Below are positions 26,047-34,470 of a stretch of DNA of 64,000 nt, piece by piece (position 1 is the first letter of the stretch; every line of letters starts with the position of its first letter). The position numbers were made by a program, and so were the translations under genes. Under the pieces are notes generated by a model. That model searched no databases and was not told the origin of the DNA. It saw only the letters and a program-made list of their open reading frames with translations. The DNA lies in the sequence record NC_041916.1; one strand, 5' to 3'.

Positions 26047-26820
26047 TTATACGACCAAACGAGAAGTCCAGTCTACGCTTTCTTGGGAACTGTTGCGGTA
26101 AGCTTGTAAGAAAGCTTCTACGGCGGTCTTAGGTCTTGGGTTAAGCTCTACGACGACGTTGTCTTTCTCTAAGTAACCAAAGCTTTCAACGTGCACAGCT
26201 TCTTCAGGATCAATGGTTACCCATCCGTCTTCTAAAGCAAGTTCGGCTTTACGATCCACACTACGTTTCTCGTAGAAGTCTTTTACTTGTTGTGTGGTGA
26301 CGATATCACTCTTCATCAAGTACACGATGTCTTCTACGCTTAACTCCAGCATATCCCCATCGATACTGTTGATCAAATCGTAACATTCGTTTTGATTAGG
26401 ATACACTTCCGCCCAATACCACTCTTTAGCTCTGGTGTCTACGTATAGCTCGTAGACCTTCCCTTCACGACTCACCGCGTTCCCTAAGAACCCCGGTAGT
26501 ACGTAAAGCTCTAACCCTTCCCATGTTAACATACAACTTAAATACGGTGCAGGTACCGCGTAATCTTTGTAAGTTGGTAATAACACTTCTTTAAAGCACA
26601 AATGTTCTGCTTGATCCACTAAGTGAATAGGAAACCCTTCTTTCAGCTTCGCTAATTGCTTCACCCAGTTTTGTGCTCTGGTTAATCGTACTTGCTTATG
26701 TCCTTTGATCGTGAACATGATGTTGTTCTGGCGATTAGGACGACCGTTCCCAGTCACTATCGTACCGTGAACGTGATGCACGTTCGTATTCGGTATCGTT
26801 TCTATCACTACCATACTCAT
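26047..26820 (-). CDS. Hypothetical protein with a NUMOD4-like segment
   Basis: VLPGFLGNAVSREGKVY resembles the NUMOD4 IPGYExYxVSNxGRV motif; no HNH motif follows; AGGAG SD. Confidence 0.55.
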   Translation of the reverse strand: MSMVVIETIPNTNVHHVHGTIVTGNGRPNRQNNIMFTIKGHKQVRLTRAQNWVKQLAKLKEGFPIHLVDQAEHLCFKEVLLPTYKDYAVPAPYLSCMLTWEGLELYVLPGFLGNAVSREGKVYELYVDTRAKEWYWAEVYPNQNECYDLINSIDGDMLELSVEDIVYLMKSDIVTTQQVKDFYEKRSVDRKAELALEDGWVTIDPEEAVHVESFGYLEKDNVVVELNPRPKTAVEAFLQAYRNSSQESVDWTSRLVV

Positions 26821-26867
26821 TTACTCCTGTTAAACCTATAAATCTAGTTGAATCAGTTTTACATTAC

Positions 26868-26891
26868 TACCAGAGTAATATAGATTCATAA
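26868..26891 (-). promoter_or_regulatory. Putative early promoter
   Basis: Minus strand TTATGAAT-CTATATTAC-TCTGGTA; contains the exact phiKZ early consensus TATATTAC. Confidence 0.7.
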
Positions 26892-26930
26892 ATGAATTAC
26901 TTAATCCCTTAGTCGGTATTAAACATTCTC

Positions 26931-27032
26931 GTTGAAGAGTACACTCCTTTTATCGTGTTTACGTACTTCGTACTACAACACTCACCGTTCACTACTCGTA
27001 CCTCATAGTTCACTCTAAGGAGTACTCTCAAC
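26931..27032. repeat. Interrupted inverted repeat enclosing a G-poor loop with a 21-bp-period direct repeat
   Basis: GTTGAAGAGTACACTCCTT (26931-26949) pairs with AAGGAGTACTCTCAAC (27017-27032) with two bulges; CTCAnnGTTCACT occurs at 26981 and 27002. Confidence 0.6.
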
Positions 27033-27122
27033 TCAAATGCAATAAAAACCCTTTCCCATCCTTTTCAGGGGGTCTTCGACGGTTCTTTTAGTTACTATAT
27101 AATATATATCCGCACTAAAAGT

Positions 27123-27857
27123 TTATTTTACAATAATCGTCTTACTAGGGGACATCATGGTACGCAACAGACATTCGGTAAAGTACTGATCTCGACGTAA
27201 GAGTTTGCGTTCTACAACCGTACTCAAGTTGTAATGACGAGTACCGGTGAGATTGATGATGAACTTACCCGATTGATTAAACCAATTGAACCCTGCTTTA
27301 GGATGACTGGTTCGAACGAATTGACAGAACTCTTCATACGCTTCATCTGCATTCATCCACAACATAGCCGTAAAGTCATTAATGGTTTGTTTGATGACGT
27401 CACGGTCTGGGAGATGATTGAATCGGTAAGTCAAAGAGATGAAAGGCAGATTCGCTTTTAACTGGTACGGTTCTTTCACCATGGTGTTTTTACAAACGAA
27501 CTTTAACGTGTACTTACGTTCGAGACTAGGGTCAAACGACACGAATACTTTAAAATGACTATCGTGATCGCTGATCATAATCGAATCGCTTACGGACGCC
27601 TTACAGCTCGTTGCCGTGATGTAGTACGAGATGTCATGGTGTTTAAGTAAAGAGTCATCTGGCGCATTCTTGTTTTCCTTGGTTAACACCACCGAACGAC
27701 GGTAAGAAAGTTGGTTGAACAGTTGAGCAATCCAACCTTCTGCATCTACCATGCTTCGGGTAATGTAAAAGAGTTCACCGATCTTGTTACGGTTTTCTTT
27801 AATCATCAGGATGTTGTCAAGTTTAGTGTTAGCGAATGAGAAAGGACAATTGTTCAT
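27123..27857 (-). CDS. Hypothetical protein, paralog of 27912..28667
   Basis: Shares the M.NCPF start, WI....NQL and MW.....A..E...F.R...P...FNWF. Confidence 0.8.
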   Translation of the reverse strand: MNNCPFSFANTKLDNILMIKENRNKIGELFYITRSMVDAEGWIAQLFNQLSYRRSVVLTKENKNAPDDSLLKHHDISYYITATSCKASVSDSIMISDHDSHFKVFVSFDPSLERKYTLKFVCKNTMVKEPYQLKANLPFISLTYRFNHLPDRDVIKQTINDFTAMLWMNADEAYEEFCQFVRTSHPKAGFNWFNQSGKFIINLTGTRHYNLSTVVERKLLRRDQYFTECLLRTMMSPSKTIIVK

Positions 27858-27911
27858 AATAAGTTCCTATAACGCGTTATAAGCGTTTTAATAAATGGGT
27901 GGGGTGGTTTA

Positions 27912-28667
27912 TTAAAGTATGAAATGTGTACGGAGTCCACTGAGCTCGTTGTAGGTTCCACGTAAGGTAATGACATCTCGTCTTAGAGGAACGTGAGTAG
28001 TGATCAGTTCTGTATCCATGAAATCAGAATTGATGATCGTAGGGCGAGTAATCGCGTGAGCAGATTTAAACCAGTTGAACTTAGGGTGAGGTTTCGCCAT
28101 GCGCATGAAAGCTTCAAGTTCTTTTTCTGCTTTAGACGAATCTAACCACATGTGTTGTGTGATGGTTTGTACCATGTCTTTGATACCTCGTTCATTCAAC
28201 ATCTTGAACTTGAAGTTAAATGAACGTTTATGGAACCACTCTTCAGCATTACTATTCTCGAATATCCCGCAAGGGAGCTCCCAAGTAAGATCATAACCGA
28301 CGCCTTCTTTGTACTCTAACTTGAATAAAAAGTCAGGATCCAGTTTATTACGAGATTCCGTTACGGTAATACTGCTGCGTCTACGGTTATGATGCTCGAT
28401 GGTGTACTGTCGGTAATCGTAATTTGCAGGAGAGATGCGGAAATGGTTTTTGTGAGCAAAGTTCAGATGTTGGGCACGGTCTTGATGGAGTTGATTAGAA
28501 ACATCCATGATCCATTGGAAAGCATTATCGAAACTATGATAGGCGTACACCAGTTTGCTCATCATCTCTAAACGAGATTCAAAAGTAAATGTACTGGTGG
28601 GTGGATGAGGAATAATTAAACCGTGTCGGTTATAACCCATGTGTAAAGTGAAAGGGCAGTTCTTCAT
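27912..28667 (-). CDS. Hypothetical protein, paralog of 27123..27857
   Basis: Same shared blocks; the GAGGAACTTATxATG leader is nearly identical in both genes. Confidence 0.8.
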   Translation of the reverse strand: MKNCPFTLHMGYNRHGLIIPHPPTSTFTFESRLEMMSKLVYAYHSFDNAFQWIMDVSNQLHQDRAQHLNFAHKNHFRISPANYDYRQYTIEHHNRRRSSITVTESRNKLDPDFLFKLEYKEGVGYDLTWELPCGIFENSNAEEWFHKRSFNFKFKMLNERGIKDMVQTITQHMWLDSSKAEKELEAFMRMAKPHPKFNWFKSAHAITRPTIINSDFMDTELITTHVPLRRDVITLRGTYNELSGLRTHFIL

Positions 28668-28679
28668 GATAAGTTCCTC

Positions 28680-28997
28680 TTAAAGGTTAGAAATTTTACG
28701 AATGATTTTGATTAGTGGTGTTACCCACATGGTAATTAACTCCCAGCCCGTCACTGGGTCAGGAGCAGGCGTCAGACTTCTTGTATGCGATTCTAAGCAA
28801 CGAAAGAGTGATCGGCTAAGGCTGACAGGATTAATTAAACGAAGCGCGTTATAACGTATCTTAGCGCCGTTTATCATAAAGTGTAAATCGTTGTCGTCGA
28901 TCTTTAATTCTAAATGGACTCCACCTAATACCATTCGGCTGTGTCCAGTTTGTTTAGTTTCTTCGATTAGAGTGTTGAGGGTTTGTTCTATGTTCAT
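28680..28997 (-). CDS. Hypothetical protein (105 aa)
   Basis: AGGA SD; packed against the next gene. Confidence 0.7.
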   Translation of the reverse strand: MNIEQTLNTLIEETKQTGHSRMVLGGVHLELKIDDNDLHFMINGAKIRYNALRLINPVSLSRSLFRCLESHTRSLTPAPDPVTGWELITMWVTPLIKIIRKISNL

Positions 28998-29026
28998 GTT
29001 ACGTCCTATGTAAACTAATACGGATA

Positions 29027-29080
29027 TTAGGAAAGAGTGGTCCCTTTCCTAATACGTCCCATGCCGAAGCACAGGACGTA
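29027..29080 (-). terminator. Tandem hairpins, one with a cUUCGg loop
   Basis: Minus strand TACGTCCTGTGC-TTCG-GCATGGGACGTA immediately followed by TTAGGAAAG-n8-CTTTCCTAA. Confidence 0.6.
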
Positions 29081-29085
29081 TTAAG

Positions 29086-29700
29086 TTAAATGGTGAATTC
29101 GTCGTATTTGACTTTAAGTTGGGTGTTGGGACCGACGTTGAGCGTGGACTCAGGGTAAAGTCGGAGTTTGCCACCCAAGACCTTAGGTTCAACCACCACC
29201 AAGAAATCGAAATGAGATAAACCAATGCGGTTGATCAAGTTACTACGCCCTAGGCTAAAAGCATTAGGGTAATGGTTATGAACCACTTCTTTCACTCGTT
29301 CACCTAAATACTCTTTGGCTTCTTTAAACTCGAAGTCGTCGTACGCTCTTAAATAACGTTCTAGGCTATGAGTTAACTGTTTGCTCACTTCCACTTTATC
29401 GAAGAACAACGATTGTTCAAATGCAAAGAGAAATGCTTCACGTTCGTAGAAACCCCCCGGGATGTCATTAGAAGGACGATAGATATCAGGAAGTCCACTG
29501 ATCTTCATAGTGAACTCACCCATCCCCGTACGGTGTTCTAGACGCTTGAGTCCGATGTTGATGGTAAGACCGCCGTATTCATGGGTGGTACGTCCTATGG
29601 TCAACCAACGATCAAAGATATCTTGGATGAATGGAAGTGGTTCTTTTTGTACAGTACGTAGGATGTGTACAAGTAAATAAGCGTCTTGTGGTTTTATCAC
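29086..29700 (-). CDS. Hypothetical protein, possible distant member of the 29.1-34.5 kb paralog family
   Basis: 204 aa; weak similarity to neighbours (LP.I..I...., F.MKISGLP). Confidence 0.7.
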   Translation of the reverse strand: MIKPQDAYLLVHILRTVQKEPLPFIQDIFDRWLTIGRTTHEYGGLTINIGLKRLEHRTGMGEFTMKISGLPDIYRPSNDIPGGFYEREAFLFAFEQSLFFDKVEVSKQLTHSLERYLRAYDDFEFKEAKEYLGERVKEVVHNHYPNAFSLGRSNLINRIGLSHFDFLVVVEPKVLGGKLRLYPESTLNVGPNTQLKVKYDEFTI

Positions 29701-29758
29701 GTTTAAAGCTCCTGTAAAGCAACAGGAGAGGTTTTACCCCCTCCTAGATAGATTGGTG

Positions 29759-30706
29759 TTAGATTTCGAAACGACGACAGTTGTGGAACGGCATGTGCTT
29801 CTCATTGACAGCGATTAATGCCTTGTCTTCAACATGATGGAAAATGCCTAAGGCATTCTTTTTCAGTTCCTTTACTTCCGCCATTTGACGAATTAAGTCG
29901 ATTTCGCTCGGTGACAACACATGCAAGGCACGAAGTTGCTTAATGCCCTCTCGCATTTGTTTCTGACGATATTCGTAATGACGAAGTAATGGTATTTCAA
30001 AGTAGTTAGAAGGATGATCCAAAGTAACCGTTAAACGGATCTCTGAAGCATATCGTTTCAAAGTAATGCGATGACATTGATCTTCGAAGATGTGTAAGTT
30101 AAGAATGTCGGTAAGCTGTTCGGTACCTTCTTCTAACAAACGCTCTACGATAGTTGGTAGTTCTTCTAAGCTTTCATTGAACAACCATTTCCCAAGCGCC
30201 ACTCGTTGTTCCATAATGCCCGGTGCTAGCTCATAGGTGCTGCCTTCATCTTTGTGCTTCAGTTCCATCGGGTAACCGTCACCGTCATACGTCAAGTACG
30301 GGGTTCCGTAGTTAGAGAACGTGGACATGTCATTAGGTAACCCACCTTTGTCTAATGCTACATCCACCAGTGTGTTGTAGCTTAGGATATCCACTTCATT
30401 GAGGATGGTTTGTAACTCTTCGTTAACACTATCCGTAACACTGTTCCCTATCGGGAGTTCGATACGAATGTTAGGCAAACCGATGTGACGTAAACCTTCG
30501 GTCTGTAAGGTGAAGGATTGTTCACGACGATCTACTATTCTCACGAATAACGAATCACCATTCCAAGGGATTATCGTGTGACCTACGAAGATGTTCTCTT
30601 CTAATGGTCTATCGGTTTTCTTCGCTACGACGGGAGATAGTTCTACCCAAGCTTTAACTAACGCTCTTAAAGCCAAAGTGAGGTCCATACGTTCTTGTAG
30701 TCTCAT
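29759..30706 (-). CDS. Hypothetical protein, paralog of 30709..31740
   Basis: Shared blocks LALR.L...WV, GL..IG....I...G, GTPY...YDG and YE...G....R.A..K...N......LPT.VE. Confidence 0.8.
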   Translation of the reverse strand: MRLQERMDLTLALRALVKAWVELSPVVAKKTDRPLEENIFVGHTIIPWNGDSLFVRIVDRREQSFTLQTEGLRHIGLPNIRIELPIGNSVTDSVNEELQTILNEVDILSYNTLVDVALDKGGLPNDMSTFSNYGTPYLTYDGDGYPMELKHKDEGSTYELAPGIMEQRVALGKWLFNESLEELPTIVERLLEEGTEQLTDILNLHIFEDQCHRITLKRYASEIRLTVTLDHPSNYFEIPLLRHYEYRQKQMREGIKQLRALHVLSPSEIDLIRQMAEVKELKKNALGIFHHVEDKALIAVNEKHMPFHNCRRFEI

Positions 30707-30708
30707 GA

Positions 30709-31740
30709 TTAACGCTCCTGTTCTAATAGAGTTACGTTGGTTGGATGATTAGTGATACCATCCGCTAGGAAGATATCTACTTCTTGGTCTACGTTACCAG
30801 CGATGATACCGTAGTCGGTGGTTTGGTGAACATTCTCTTTAAGGTAATCGATTAATGCTTCTTGATCGATCTCGTTCATTTCTAAGATATCTTTAAGATA
30901 CCACATTAACTCACCTAGCATAGCGTTACGTTCGTAAGTCTTCTTAGGGATAACGTACGTCGACGATTTCCCATCATGGATTACGTTCAACTCATAATCC
31001 ATTCCGGTGCGCATCATGTTAACCGTGATACCTTCGTGGGCTTGTACCCCTAGGTTAATTAAAGTAACCGTAGGGTAACGTTCATCCCCGAATCTAATAC
31101 GGTATTGTAGTAGTTCTTGTTCTACCAATGTTGGTAAACGATCAACTAACCGGTTACCGATTGCTTTAACCATTGCTCTACGACCTGCTAGTACTCCTTT
31201 CTCGAATTCGTAAGGATTAAAGTCCGGTGTACGTTCAGTTGCTAGGTATAGATCTTCTCCGATACCGTCATAGGAGATACGAACATAAGGAGTACCTACT
31301 TTCCCTAGTCTGATATCTCCTCCATCTCGAACATTACCTGTTTCTGGACGAAGTTGAAGTTCTCTGTTAAAGTCTGGGTTTTGCATCAAACGTAATAACA
31401 TCTCCTGACCTAGTGTCACGTTAGACCCTAAGATCAAACGAACGGCAGGACTACCTCGTAGATCATCCCCTAGTTTGAACGGAATAACGATTTCATCTGA
31501 ACGCATGCCTATTGACTTAAAGTCAAACGGTAGACCTGTTAATACCAAGTAAAAATCTTTATCTGACTCATGTATACCCACACCGATGGTTCTACCAGTA
31601 GGTCTGACTATACCGATAACGTCGTTGTGGGCTACGCTACGGTATTGGATTAAGTCTACGGCTTGTCGTACCCATTCTCTCGCTAGTACGCGTAACGCTA
31701 GTTTAACTTCTACTTTTAGTTCTGGTTTATTCATGTACAT
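30709..31740 (-). CDS. Hypothetical protein, paralog of 29759..30706
   Basis: Same shared blocks; AGGAG SD. Confidence 0.8.
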   Translation of the reverse strand: MYMNKPELKVEVKLALRVLAREWVRQAVDLIQYRSVAHNDVIGIVRPTGRTIGVGIHESDKDFYLVLTGLPFDFKSIGMRSDEIVIPFKLGDDLRGSPAVRLILGSNVTLGQEMLLRLMQNPDFNRELQLRPETGNVRDGGDIRLGKVGTPYVRISYDGIGEDLYLATERTPDFNPYEFEKGVLAGRRAMVKAIGNRLVDRLPTLVEQELLQYRIRFGDERYPTVTLINLGVQAHEGITVNMMRTGMDYELNVIHDGKSSTYVIPKKTYERNAMLGELMWYLKDILEMNEIDQEALIDYLKENVHQTTDYGIIAGNVDQEVDIFLADGITNHPTNVTLLEQER

Positions 31741-31751
31741 GATATGTGCTC

Positions 31752-32207
31752 CTATAAAGCTTGTATTGGCAACCCTGCGCCGTATGTTAAATGTTCTTTA
31801 CCATCTTTGTTCACTAACCCCGGTAACCCTAAGAAGTCATCTCGGTGAGTAGTAAGTAAAGCTAGTATACTTTCCCGATCTACGTTACCTAATGGTTCTA
31901 ACGTAACTCGTTCCCCTAACCCGTAAACGATATTAATATTACTGTAACCTAATAGATCTAATCCCTTAGTGCTTAAGTAATACTTATCGTCCTCTCGTCT
32001 TAACCATAGTTCTATCGTGTATCCGCTTAATCCTCGCTTGTTACGTCTACGAAACACTTTAAGTAAGTAAATGCTTTTATCTTCATCCAGTACGATGCCT
32101 AACGCTAAATCCATCGTACGGCTTACTAACCCCATCAATGTTTCTTCTACTACCATCACTACGTTTCCTATCCAAATATTTAAAAAGCAGTATAAACTCT
32201 TACTCAT
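31752..32207 (-). CDS. Hypothetical protein, short member of the same family (true start probably internal)
   Basis: MDLAL..VL, YYLSTKGL..LG..NI.I...LG and HLTY.G match the N-terminal half of 29759/30709; codons are strongly skewed to A-ending. Confidence 0.6.
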   Translation of the reverse strand: MSKSLYCFLNIWIGNVVMVVEETLMGLVSRTMDLALGIVLDEDKSIYLLKVFRRRNKRGLSGYTIELWLRREDDKYYLSTKGLDLLGYSNINIVYGLGERVTLEPLGNVDRESILALLTTHRDDFLGLPGLVNKDGKEHLTYGAGLPIQAL

Positions 32208-32655
32208 TAGAATTCTCTTTCTAAGAACTCTAATCTTAAGTTATTTATAATCAAAATGTAAATAAAAAACAGTAACCCTAACTATAGCTGCGCAGAACTC
32301 TCCTCTAACGAGTATCGTTCGCTATGCTACTAACGTATGACTTGTTATCCTTAACCACTCCATTCGTAAACTCATTACGTTCTAAGGAAGTCATACTAAA
32401 TACTTGGATATATTAATATATTAAATATTAATTATCTTGGGCGTTGCCCGAATCTTTTAACTAACTTGAACCAACTAACCTTGGACCCTACTCAACCTTG
32501 GACCCCCTCTTTCTCCCCCACGACCTTGCATTTTTAGGGTGCAAAATCATGTGGAAAAAGGCGTTCAAAAAGTGGGATACAAAGTTTTTTCTAGTATAGT
32601 ATAGCAACCCACTTGTAAAAGTTTACTGGACCCTATGACGAGCCCAGTAAAACCG
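32208..32655. other. AT-rich, G-poor non-coding spacer with inverted and direct repeats (origin-like)
   Basis: GTATGACTT/AAGTCATAC inverted repeat (32335-32343, 32388-32396), a pure A/T run at about 32408-32434, and AACCTTGGACCC twice (32477, 32494). Confidence 0.5.
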
Positions 32656-33126
32656 TTAAAACTTAAGATTCCACTCTAGATTCGAATACTCATTATTCGT
32701 CAAGTCGTAATCTTTGTGCAAAGGTGCGAGTTGAGTTAATCCCACTGGTAAGAAGCTAGGTACGAAGATACTACCCACTGCTCGATCGACACGAATCACT
32801 TTCGTTTCCTTATCGACTTTGTACGAGTATTCGTTGTAACCAGTGTCTTTGTTCACCGTAAGCTTACGGAACTGTCCACGGCTGGAATCGTACACCCGAC
32901 CTTTAGAACTGATGTACAACCCCGGAATCTCAAAGTAGGTATCGTCCCATTGGAAGTGCGGAGACCACAACTCGTAATCTGGATCGTCACTCACAGCTTC
33001 GCTTAAGTGATCAAACAAAATGCGACTGCGTCCAGCTGGTTCAGACTTCAAGAACATCTCGTGCATCGTTTTGTCCAGAACGTCTTTTGGGAACAAACTA
33101 GATGCAAGGAATTTTTCTACTAACAT
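32656..33126 (-). CDS. NUMOD4/HNH homing-endonuclease-like protein, divergent
   Basis: LYISSKGRVY (NUMOD4-like), then RVDRAVGSIFVP and LHKDYDLTNNEYSNLEW (HNH_3-like pattern VHRLVA..F.P...HKD....NN...NLEW). Confidence 0.7.
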   Translation of the reverse strand: MLVEKFLASSLFPKDVLDKTMHEMFLKSEPAGRSRILFDHLSEAVSDDPDYELWSPHFQWDDTYFEIPGLYISSKGRVYDSSRGQFRKLTVNKDTGYNEYSYKVDKETKVIRVDRAVGSIFVPSFLPVGLTQLAPLHKDYDLTNNEYSNLEWNLKF

Positions 33127-33135
33127 ATAAAGCTC

Positions 33136-33780
33136 CTAATCATTGGTGTCTTTAGATACATAACGGTACACTTCACCACGAGTCATTTCCGTGACTTGAA
33201 CGTGTCCAGTGATGCCGGTGTCTTCAAAACGAAATACGGCGGTGGGTTTAGATAAAAAGAATCCGTCTTTAACGATGAAGGAAACTTTACGGTTAGGGAG
33301 TAGTTCGTATTCCCCCATGATCTTGTTTCCTAAGAAGTCGCTAAGGAAGTTAGGACGGATAGGGTGCTGACGAATAGAAACGTTATCCACCATATGCTTA
33401 CGGTAGTTTTGCAATTTCTCTAAGGTCAGTTGTTCATCAAAGAGTTTGTCGAAACTGCGGTACAACGTCGTCATCAGTTCTTCGACTTCTAAACGTTCAT
33501 TGGGATCCACGATCTCCCAAACCTCGTTATAGATGTCTGGATGAGATACCGATAAAGCGTCTGCGTTTTTGATCATCACACGAATCCCCGTTTCTTTGTT
33601 TTCTAAACAAATGATGAAGTGTTTATTCATGAGATGAATTTTAACTAGTGTAACCAAGCGCTCCTTGATCACACGGCGTTGGTAAATCTTCAGTACTTCA
33701 GGTAACTGTGTAGCCAAGTCATGCAGTAGTACTGTACCAGCGTATTGTTTGGCTTCCAAAGGTGTCATTGTTTCCTCCAA
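33136..33780 (-). CDS. Hypothetical protein (214 aa)
   Basis: GGAGG SD with an early promoter motif upstream. Confidence 0.75.
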   Translation of the reverse strand: MEETMTPLEAKQYAGTVLLHDLATQLPEVLKIYQRRVIKERLVTLVKIHLMNKHFIICLENKETGIRVMIKNADALSVSHPDIYNEVWEIVDPNERLEVEELMTTLYRSFDKLFDEQLTLEKLQNYRKHMVDNVSIRQHPIRPNFLSDFLGNKIMGEYELLPNRKVSFIVKDGFFLSKPTAVFRFEDTGITGHVQVTEMTRGEVYRYVSKDTND

Positions 33781-33803
33781 TGTTTAAATAAATAACGGGC
33801 ACA

Positions 33804-33827
33804 CATCTTGATAATATAGATTTGAAA
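33804..33827 (-). promoter_or_regulatory. Putative early promoter
   Basis: Minus strand TTTCAAAT-CTATATTAT-CAAGATG. Confidence 0.65.
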
Positions 33828-33876
33828 AATCATAAAAGTGGATGTAAGTCAGGAGCCGAAGCCCCTGACCAATTTA

Positions 33877-34470
33877 CTATTTTACTTCTCGGCTGATACC
33901 ACCGTACAACTGAACTTTAGTTACGTGGTTGCTTTCACCTTCCAGTCTCCCCCAAGTAGTATAGTGGTAGCCCATGAATCCCGGAAGATTAGCTTTGTCA
34001 AACGATTGATCGAAGTTCGTTTCCACGACACCAAATAAACGACGGAAGTAACTAGGTGTCTTAACCGTGACTTGTTCGCTGTAATATTGCAACGCGTACT
34101 TGTTCAACGTGGACATGTAATAACGATATTCGGAGTCGTTTAGGAAAGGATTCAAACGCACACCCAAATCATTCATCACCCGATGGTTGACCAAGTGTGT
34201 CCCAGTACCGAGTTTAACTACCACATCCCGGGGACCCAGTTCGTAAGGCAGGTTTTTGAATTCAATGTAATACTTGGCTTTCGAATCCCGCACCATGTGG
34301 ATAGAAATACCACCTAGTGATTTAGGTGCGTGGAACAAGCACACACTTCCGCAGTTAGTGGAAGTGATTTCACGATGCCCTGCCATAACTATAGCTTTGA
34401 AGTTATAATAGAACATATTCAAAATAACGTATTGTAGTGCACGCAACACTAGCTCAATGGGCTTTGCCAT
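33877..34470 (-). CDS. Hypothetical protein, possible member of the 29.1-34.5 kb family
   Basis: 197 aa, AGGAG SD; LVLRALQ and KYYIEFKNLPYELG...VV.KLG echo the paralog blocks. Confidence 0.7.
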   Translation of the reverse strand: MAKPIELVLRALQYVILNMFYYNFKAIVMAGHREITSTNCGSVCLFHAPKSLGGISIHMVRDSKAKYYIEFKNLPYELGPRDVVVKLGTGTHLVNHRVMNDLGVRLNPFLNDSEYRYYMSTLNKYALQYYSEQVTVKTPSYFRRLFGVVETNFDQSFDKANLPGFMGYHYTTWGRLEGESNHVTKVQLYGGISREVK

